Part shown: positions 18,901 through 25,322 of the stretch, one piece after another
Position numbering within the stretch: the first letter of the stretch is position 1
Layout of the letters: each line of letters begins with the position of its first letter
Source: an uncultured Actinomycetota bacterium
Lineage (GTDB): Bacteria; Actinomycetota; Geothermincolia; Geothermincolales; RBG-13-55-18
DNA: 38,190 nt
Direction of reading: 5' to 3'
Assembly: GCA_964415205.1 (NCBI GenBank)
Contig: CAYPZH010000002.1
Coordinates: forward strand, 10,507-48,696
Notes under the pieces: generated by a model
The model's database searches: none
Told to the model about the DNA's origin: nothing
Seen by the model: the letters and a program-made list of their open reading frames with translations, nothing else
Position numbers and translations under genes: made by a program

Positions 18901-19550
18901 CCCTCGTATCTGTGGACCTCCTCGGCCATGATGTCTACGGCCGGGCGCAGGAGGTCGTGCACCTCCTCGGGGTCGAGCTTCTCAGAGAGAGCGGGAGGAA
19001 GCGATGCGCCGGCACAGAGCACCGTCACCTGCTTGCGCTCTCCCTCCAGGGAGGGGCGGTGGGAGAGTACCCGCTCAGAAACATCCCCTGGCGCTGAGGG
19101 AACAGTGGTGGTAGTGGAGTACTCCCTTTCCCCGGGCTGGATGCCCAGGGCTCGGAGGCCCTCGATGATACTGGGTATAGTGGGGGAGAGGTCCCCTTCC
19201 TCCGAGCAGAGCATGGCCGTCCCCCCCAGGGCGTGTCGCCACTCCGGCTGGCATTCCTTGAGCTCGTCGGGGGTCACCCCCACCAACACGGGCACGAAGG
19301 GTATCCCCCTCTCGAAGGCCCCCACCACCTCCTTTGTCACCTGGTCGGATGCGAGGGCGGCGGGGGTGGCCAGCAGCACCAGGGCGTCGCAGGCCTCCAT
19401 GGCCCGGGTGATCTGGATAAGGTAGGAGGTGCCGGGAAGTACGTCCCGCTCGAAGAACCAGGCGGCATATCCCGCCTCCTCCAGCCCTTGTGCCAACTCC
19501 CGCATCAGGGGCTCGTCCTCGATGACGTGGCTTACGAAGATGTTTCCCAT
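15918..19550 (-). CDS. Giant TIR / degenerate class III cyclase-homology / P-loop STAND (AAA_16) / TPR protein
   Basis: 1210-aa ORF. Residues 1-~135 are TIR_2-like (IFVSHV, WFFERD, SDQVTKE with Glu74 at the catalytic-Glu position). Residues ~170-350 form a cyclase-homology domain (ERKQVTVL, IFGAPLAHEDDPQRA, GDTVNLA). Residues ~365-620 form the NTPase (Walker A GEPGMGKS, Walker B-like LIVSVEDLHWMD). Residues ~760-1210 are TPR-like helical repeats. Confidence 0.85.
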   Translation of the reverse strand: MGNIFVSHVIEDEPLMRELAQGLEEAGYAAWFFERDVLPGTSYLIQITRAMEACDALVLLATPAALASDQVTKEVVGAFERGIPFVPVLVGVTPDELKECQPEWRHALGGTAMLCSEEGDLSPTIPSIIEGLRALGIQPGEREYSTTTTVPSAPGDVSERVLSHRPSLEGERKQVTVLCAGASLPPALSEKLDPEEVHDLLRPAVDIMAEEVHRYEGTIAQLAGGGLTAIFGAPLAHEDDPQRALYAALAIVRRLSEYEKRLKPKGMELTLRAGANTGLIKVEGVGDDLSMSYTPLGDTVNLASQMKSAAGPGEVLVSETTLRPAEGYFEFAQVSEVEVEGRKRPAWNLISPGPARTRISASLARGLSPFVGRERELEHLAHAYERVREGSGQVVGVVGEPGMGKSRLLLEFRKALPEGEYTYLEGGCVHYGEAIAYLPILDILRSYFDIAEGEDEEASKRKLEEGLAPLDGQLSHILPPLEDLLSLPVDDESYLALEPAQRRERAFDAIRHLLVAESRKRPLIVSVEDLHWMDKTSEDFLSYLMESMPTASILLLLLYRPDYTPAWTSRTLYSQVRVESLLEGMSTMLVEGILAEGEVSREISDFITEKAAGNPLFIEELTRSLLESGSIAKEGGRYAFSAEPSRIRVPDSVQGIIASRLDRLPEEEKEVLQLAAVIGREFSLRLLEEVTGLGKVLKSTLHALQSQEFIYEKSLFPEPEYIFKHALTQEVAYESLPLKRRRELHERTGLAIEGLYADRLEDFYEALAHHYSRSENTEKAIRYLRLSGDKATHDYANWEAIRLYEEAIRILDSQPQSKDTKRARLDILISILDPAFFLGFPEGSIGFLEEAERLAEELGDKGSLVAVYSRFSLFHTLRGDVSLGVEYSWKCFDTAEKAGDIRFMSLAAFDICSSLFFSGDFLEVAMIARRVIEVLEEKHLEKELKVGPWTVYSDQCAWCGQALGMMGEFEEAKAVLEKGLEHTLEIGEVFGAGYIDQTYCLVAFPEGDADGLVHHASRAIERYEDSGVKFLLGTAMLWLGLGRFFLGDYETARKDIEKGSEVNEESGVPIILPFSSWALSLVDLGAGEPGRARAHAEEALRLAREHGAVFFEAMALVALGRAGGEEAPSRLREASEQIRRGISMAEEMLSKPISALGFLFLGEVFELAGQKEEALESLHKAEELLLEMAVIPDSYWLTRTREALARLEHG

Positions 19551-19594
19551 GTGTGCGTCACCTTGCTCGCTCCGGCGGCGCAGGTCTTCTTAGT

Positions 19595-19726
19595 GATGGT
19601 CAAGGAAGCAAGGGAAAGGCCTTGTCCGCAGCACCACTTGTAGCAGGAACCCTTTTGCCCCTAAAACCTAGCACCACCAACATGATAGCACTTAAAGAAC
19701 GGGGCATAGAATCGTAAGGGTTTGTC
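19595..19726 (-). promoter_or_regulatory. Conserved upstream leader/promoter segment of TIR paralog 1 (copy A)
   Basis: About 130 nt align with 24201-24332, including a 37-nt identical core (19657-19693 matches 24264-24300). In gene sense the core contains TGCTATCAT (complement of 19682-19690), an extended -10-like element. Confidence 0.5.
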
Positions 19727-19831
19727 ATTCACAGACAGTAGACTGACGGGTGGGGTTGATGGTCGTTCTGGGCTAGAATAGTAGAAAGGCAACAGATAGA
19801 GGATTTCATCTACACGGAACATGCGCTCGAT

Positions 19832-20044
19832 ATGCTTGAGGAGCGCAAGATCAAAGAGGAATGGGTCAGGTCGGCTTTGCGGGATCCCGAAAGGAAGGAG
19901 AAGAAGGAGGATGGAACGGTCGATTATCTGAGGTCTATCGAGGAATTCGATAATCATTATCTGCGAGTCGCGGTAAACCCGGACGCGCAGCCGCCTAGGA
20001 TCGTTACCGTCTTCTTTGACCGGCGACTTGGGAGGAAGACATGA
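19832..20044 (+). CDS. DUF4258-family protein (putative toxin), possibly N-terminally truncated
   Basis: 70 aa from ATG 19832. The family-like sequence RDFIYTEHALD continues in frame upstream as far as TAG 19796-19798 with no ATG/GTG/TTG. It overlaps the next gene by 4 nt (ATGA). Confidence 0.6.
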   Translation: MLEERKIKEEWVRSALRDPERKEKKEDGTVDYLRSIEEFDNHYLRVAVNPDAQPPRIVTVFFDRRLGRKT

Positions 20045-20241
20045 GGTTGAGAATCGACCAGCAGAACGATGCGTTATATTTCCGCCTCGATGAATCGGAG
20101 ATCGTTGAATCGGAAGAGGTCCAGCCCGGGGTGATCCTGGACTATGACGCCAAGGGCAACGTCATCGGCATCGAGATGCTCGATCTTAGCAAGAGGGTAT
20201 CGAGCGAAAACCTCAAGAACCTGCAGTTTGAGACCCCCTAG
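20041..20241 (+). CDS. DUF2283-family protein (putative antitoxin partner of DUF4258)
   Basis: 66 aa. MRLRIDQQNDALYFRL...GVILDYDAKGNVIGIEMLDLSKR is the typical DUF2283 pattern. Confidence 0.7.
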   Translation: MRLRIDQQNDALYFRLDESEIVESEEVQPGVILDYDAKGNVIGIEMLDLSKRVSSENLKNLQFETP

Positions 20242-20516
20242 GTGCTGCATGCTGCTTAAGCCCCTTGCTGGCGCAGATCAATCCGGAAACGGGCACATTT
20301 TTAACACGGTGAGAAATGCGGTGGTTTCTGAACGCCTCCACAAGCAACAACCTCTAGCTCGCAAAAGCTCAGCGCAAGGGAAGTATTAGACGATAGGAAC
20401 GGGTGCAGCCCCTCCAGGTACTCGTATGACATCATGCCTTTCGAGGCATGTGAGTTTCTATCGGGCGGGCTATTTGTGGTAATCGCGCATCACGATATGG
20501 GATCACAAAGGTAGAC

Positions 20517-23500
20517 CTATCCCTGGCCGAGCCGCGCCAATGCTTCCCGGGTGCGGGCGAGCCAGTAGATCCGGCCCGTCTCTTCGCATATCTTCTCGGC
20601 TCTACGCAGGCACTCCAGGGCCTCCTCTTTCCGCCCCGCCTTCTCGCATACCTCCCCCGCAAATAGATCCCCCAGTGATTTCATCCCACTCGCTCCCATC
20701 TCTTCATAAAGGGACATACCCTGGCGTATGTGCTGCAGGGCGGCATCGACGTGCGATGGATCTGCCTCACACTCTACCCTTCCTAGATACAGCAGGGAGA
20801 AAGCCTCCAACATCTTTGACCGATAATTCCTCGAAAGCGTAAGTGCTTCTTCGGCGTTCCTCAAGGCGTTCCCGGGATCTCCCGCAGCCAGCTGGAAAAG
20901 GGCCAACTGAGACTCGAGCTGAGGCGTGACGATGGGTGCGCCGACCTCCCGGTTTAGCTCCACTCCCTTCTTCGCGTATTCAACCGCTTCCCCGTACTCG
21001 CCCAGCATGTAATGCCCCCACCCCAGACAGGTCAAGGGGAATCCCATGTAGAAACCAAGCCCCGTCTCCTCGAAACACTGCAAGGATCTGCGTGCGTGCT
21101 CGATCACCGCATCGGGATCTCCCTTGAAAGATAACAACAGGCTGTAGAAGTACTCTATCCAGCCGGTCCCAAAGGTGTCCCCGACCTCGAGGGTGTGCTC
21201 GAGACCCCTCTTGAGCACGCTCTCCGCCTCATCGAATTCTCCCAACCACGTTAGAATCATCCCGCGCCATCCGCATTGATGGCTGTACACCATCAATCCG
21301 CCCACCCTGATATCATCCTCCCTGCGATGTTCCTCGATGAGTCTTATGATCCTGTCCGAGATAATGCCCACGTCCTCAAGGCGTCCCACATAATGCATGG
21401 GGACGCAGATATCGAAGCCGGTCTCGGCCATGGTGTCGACGTCCCCCGCCTTCTCGGCCGCATCGAAGCACTTTGCACAGTACTCGATTCCAAGGGATGT
21501 GTTACCTCGAAGGGTTTGATATCGGGCCAGAATGCCGTAGATCTTGGCGAGAGCCCTCTCGTCGCCGAGTTCCTCGGAGAGTCCCTCCGCATTCTCGAGG
21601 ACCTCCATGCTTCCCTCGGGGTAATTCAAGAGGTAGAGCGAGTATATCATCGACAGGTAGACATCCATCTTCGCTTTCTTGTTCTCCTCGCTCTCGGGCT
21701 GTTCATCCAGCAAGCGTATTGCCTCCCTGTAATAGTTTATTGCCTCCCGGTTGGAGTAACTGCGCGCGGCCTTGTCCCCGGAGAGTCTGAGGTAGCCGAT
21801 GGCTTTCTCTGTGTCGTCACTTCTCGAGTAATGGTAGGCCAGCATCTCGTGGAACTCCTCCAGGCGGTCCGCGTAGATACCCTCGATGGCCCGTCCTATC
21901 CTGGCGTGTATCTCCCTCCTGCGCTTGATAAGCAGGCTCAGATAGGCCACCTCCTGGGTGAGGGCGTGCTTGAAGATATACTCAAGCTCCGGGAAGATGC
22001 TCTTCTGATAGATGAACTCCAGCTCCTGCAGGCTCGAGAGACTGGACTCGAGCTCCTCCTCGAGGCCGGTGATGGCCTGGAGCAGGCGAAAGGCGAACTC
22101 CCTCCCTATCACCGCGGCTACCTGCACGAGCCCCTTGAGGCTCTCCTCCAGGCGGTCCAGGCGGGAGGCGATGATGCCCTGGATGGTGTCCCGGCACCTC
22201 GATGTCGGTGGGCCTGCCCGAGAGCACGTAGCCGTCGTCATCCTTGACGATGGAGCCATTCTCCAGAAGGCCGTGGGTGAGCTCCTCGATGAACAGGGGG
22301 TTTCCGGCGGCCCTGCCCACGACGAGGTCGCATATCTCCTCCGCCACCTCACCCCCGGCCAGGATGGACTGGACCAGGTCGGCACCTTTCTCTTCAGGCA
22401 GCTGGTCCACGCGGACCTGGCTGAAGAAGGTCCTGGCAAACCAGGCCGGAGTGTAATCGGGGCGGTAGAGGAGCACGAGCAGGATGCTAGCGGTGGGCAG
22501 GGAATCGATGAGATAGGCGAGGAACTCCTCCGAGGTCCTGTCTATCCAGTGCAGGTCCTCCACCGTGATAACAAGGGGCTTTAACTGGCTCTCCGCGACG
22601 AGCAGGCGGCGGATGGCCTCGAAGACCTTGAGCCTCCTCTGCTGGGGCTCCAGCTTCAGGTACTCCTGGTCCTCCACCTCGAGGGAGAGGACCTCATGGA
22701 GCGGGGGTAGGATATCATCCAGTTGCCCGTCGAAGCGGGCCGTCCTCTCACCTATCCTCTTCTTGATGACGCCCTGGTCCTCCCCCTCGCCTATGCCGAA
22801 GTAGTCTCTCAAGATCTCAAGCACGGGCAGATAGGGGATGTCCTCGCCGTAGTGATAACACCCGCCCTCCAGGCAGGTGTAGTCGCCTTGCGGGAGGGAG
22901 CGGGTGAACTCCACGGCCAGCCTGGACTTACCCACCCCCGGCTCTCCGATCACCCCCACCACCTGGCCCCGTCCTTCCCGGACCTGCCCCAGGTAGTAGG
23001 CGAGGTGCTCCAGTTCCCTCTCCCTGCCCACGAAGCGGGTGAGGCCCCTGGCCAGGGAGGCCTCCACCCTGGTAGCGGCATGCCTGGATGAGAGGACCCG
23101 GTATGCCCTGAGCGGTGCCTCCTCTCCCCGCACCTCGATCTCGCCCAGGTCCTCGAAGTCGAAGTAGCCCTCGGCGAGATGGTAGACGGCTTCGCTGACG
23201 CAGATGTCGCCCGGCTCCGCGGCGTCCTTCATCCCCGCGGCCAGGTCCACGGTGTCCCCCACGGCCGTGTACTCCATGGCCAGGTCGTCCCCTATCCTCC
23301 CCACGATGACCAGGCCGGTGTTTAAGCCCATGCGCAGGCTGCATCTGAGCCCCCTGGCCTCGAGCCCCTCGGCATGATCGCCGAAACGCCGCCGCATATC
23401 CAGTGCTGCATGCAGGGCGCGCCGGGGATCGTCCTCGTGGGCGATGGGCGCCCCGAAGATGGCCATGATGCCGTGCCCCGTGAACTGGGCTACGGTGCCC

Positions 23501-24156
23501 TCGTAGCGGTGGATCTCCCCGCTCATGAGCTCCAGGCAGGGCGCGAGGAGATCGTGGAGCTCCTCGGGATCCAGCTTGCCGGAGCCGAGCCCGGTGATCT
23601 CCACGCAGAGCACCGTTACCTGCCTGCGCTCCCCCTCCACAGTGGAGCGTGCGGCGAGTATCCTCTCGGTCAACTCTCTGGGGGCACGGTATGCAGGACT
23701 GGATATGGCGGGGGTGAGGGCTTCCGCTTTTCCCTCCTCCGGCTGTATGCCCATGGCCTGGAGCCCATCTATTACACGTGACACGGCCTGGGGTAAGCCC
23801 TCGGATCCCACGGTGAACATGGCCGTCCCCCCCAGGGCGTGCCTCCATTCCGGCTGGCGCTCCTTGAGCTCCGGGGGGGTGACGTCGACCAGGACGGGGA
23901 AGAAGGGGATCCTCCTCTCGAAGGCCCCCACCACCTCCTTGGTCACCTGGTCGGATGCGAGGGCGGCGGGAGTCACCAGCAACACCAGGGCGTCGCAGCA
24001 CTCGATGGCCCGGGTGATCTGGATGAGGTAGGAGGTCCCGGGAAGGACGTCCCGCTCGAAAAACCAGGCGGTGTATCCGGCGGCCTCCAGCCCACGGACT
24101 ATCTCCCGCATGAGGGGCTCGTCCGCGATGACGTGGCTTACGAAGATGTTTCCCAT
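20517..24156 (-). pseudogene. Second TIR / degenerate cyclase-homology / STAND / TPR paralog, split by a 1-nt frameshift
   Basis: ORF 21982..24162 (TIR, CHD, NTPase; true start ATG 24156, MGNIF...) and ORF 20517..22439 (rest of the NTPase plus TPR) are collinear with paralog 1. The reading frames switch at ...IEVP/DTIQGIIASRL, where this copy has gtcccggcac (CCC at 22190-22192) against gtccggcac in paralog 1. Confidence 0.8.
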
Positions 24157-24200
24157 ATGCACCCCTGCTTGATCTCTCCGTTGATGCTGGCTCTTTCAGA

Positions 24201-24332
24201 GATGGTCAAGGAAGCAAGGGAAAGGCCTTGTCGGCAACAGTCCACATCTTGCAGGAACCCTTTGCCCCTAAAACCTAGCACCACCAACATGATAGCACTT
24301 GATAGACGGGCATAGGACCGGTCGTGTTTGTC
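24201..24332 (-). promoter_or_regulatory. Conserved upstream leader/promoter segment of TIR paralog 2 (copy B)
   Basis: Aligns with 19595-19726 and has the same TGCTATCAT element (complement of 24289-24297). Confidence 0.5.
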
Positions 24333-24392
24333 GTACCCGGACACTGGAATAGCGGACAGAGTTGGCGGAAGTCGGCAGGAGGCTTCGTCAAG

Positions 24393-24430
24393 TTGCGCCC
24401 TATGTAAGATATTCTTATAATCTTACATAG
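24393..24430 (+). promoter_or_regulatory. Sigma70-like promoter with overlapping operator palindrome for the AbrB/RelE operon
   Basis: TTGCGC (24393-24398), a 17-nt spacer, then TATAAT (24416-24421). A perfect 11-bp inverted repeat ctatgtaagat (24400-24410) / atcttacatag (24420-24430) brackets the -10 box. AGGAGG follows at 24431-24436. Confidence 0.6.
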
Positions 24431-24444
24431 AGGAGGTGATGAAG

Positions 24445-24675
24445 ATGGCCCGCCAGATAGAGCTCACCAGGATGTCCAGCAAGGGGCAGGTGGTAATCCC
24501 CAAGAGGATCAGAACCCAGTTGGGCTTCGAGGAAGGAGACCGCATGACGGTAGAGGCAAGGGACGGTGAGATCGTCCTGCGCAAGCTGTCCCTGGAGGAT
24601 ATCGTGAGGGAGGCTGAACAAGACTGGCGCAGCAAGAAGTCCGTGCGCCTCTACCCGAAGGGCTCCGGGAAATAG
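24445..24675 (+). CDS. AbrB/MazE/SpoVT-family antitoxin
   Basis: MARQIELTRMSSKGQVVIPKRIRTQLGFEEGDRMTV... is a SpoVT-AbrB swapped-hairpin motif. I prefer ATG 24445 (8 nt after AGGAGG) to the GTG at 24436 in the track. Confidence 0.75.
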   Translation: MARQIELTRMSSKGQVVIPKRIRTQLGFEEGDRMTVEARDGEIVLRKLSLEDIVREAEQDWRSKKSVRLYPKGSGK

Positions 24676-24678
24676 CCT

Positions 24679-24963
24679 ATGTGGGAGGTGCACGGCTCCC
24701 GGTGCGTGGCCAAAGCGCTGGAGCGGTACGGCAGCGTTCTGACGGGTTGTTACGATAGGGCCTTTGCCAAGCTCTCGCAGCGTCCTCGCTCGGGAAAGCC
24801 GCTCAAAGGTTACGAAGGGCTTTTCAGCCTGCCTGTCACAACCCCCGGAGGGGAGCACCGCATTATATACCAACTCAAGCCGGAGCATAAGGTCGTCTAC
24901 GTGGTGCTCACCGGTCCGCGAGAGGAGATCTACGAGATATTGAAGAGAAGCGGCTTGAAATAA
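24679..24963 (+). CDS. RelE/ParE-family type II toxin
   Basis: 94 aa beginning 3 nt after the antitoxin stop. ...KLSQRPRSGKPLKGYEGLFSL...HRIIYQL..EHKVVYVVLTGPREEIY fits the RelE/ParE fold pattern. Confidence 0.75.
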   Translation: MWEVHGSRCVAKALERYGSVLTGCYDRAFAKLSQRPRSGKPLKGYEGLFSLPVTTPGGEHRIIYQLKPEHKVVYVVLTGPREEIYEILKRSGLK

Positions 24964-24977
24964 TCAGTATCTTTCCA

Positions 24978-25160
24978 AACGACCAACTCAAAAACAGGCA
25001 CGATCTGGAAACAGCCGTGTAGTCCGTATTTACAAGGTCCATTGCAAACAGGCAGTCTGTTCTGCAAAATGCCAGCTCAAGATACCTGTTTACATAGGGT
25101 TCTTTTTCCTTGCTTGCGACGTATATTGCAGAGCACAGCGCCTTTCGAGACATGAGCGCC
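24978..25160 (+). repeat. Island repeat family, full copy 1 (~185 bp, non-coding)
   Basis: Aligns along its whole length with 27319-27505, for example ggcacgat.tgga.acag.cgtgtagt.cgtattt.caaggtcca, gttctgcaaaatgccagctcaagatacct and cagcgcctttcgag. It starts 15 nt after the RelE stop. Confidence 0.65.
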
Positions 25161-25322
25161 TAAGTTCTCAATCCAATTCGCGGCTTGTTTAAGTTCCATT
25201 ATTATTCCAAGTCGCTTCGCTTAAGTTCCTTACGCAAGGGGTAGAGAGATAGGCAAGGGCTGGGTTCGACGCAACTGCGACACTTCCACATTATCACACC
25301 GGTATCGACAGGGAGGACCGAG

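Noticed and set aside
18501-19043. Cyclic-nucleotide second-messenger synthesis (Pycsar/CBASS-like logic) by the cyclase domain
   Set aside because: In paralog 1 both metal-binding Asp residues and the transition-state Arg are substituted. In paralog 2 both Asp residues, the Asn and the Arg are all substituted. Catalysis therefore looks unlikely unless a proper alignment says otherwise.
22185-22200. Programmed ribosomal frameshift joining the two halves of TIR paralog 2
   Set aside because: There is no slippery heptamer of X_XXY_YYZ type at GTG CCG GGA CAC and no obvious downstream stimulatory structure. Comparison with the intact paralog shows a simple one-base insertion.
24908-25153. Minus-strand ORFs inside the 185-bp repeats (24908-25153 and 27199-27477) sharing the peptide NRYLELAFCRTDC
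   Set aside because: Codon-by-codon comparison of the shared 33 codons shows about 17 differences, of which only about 5 are synonymous. An indel breaks the common frame right after the shared peptide, and one copy has an in-frame stop in the alternative frame. The similarity therefore lies at the nucleotide level and the copies are non-coding repeats.
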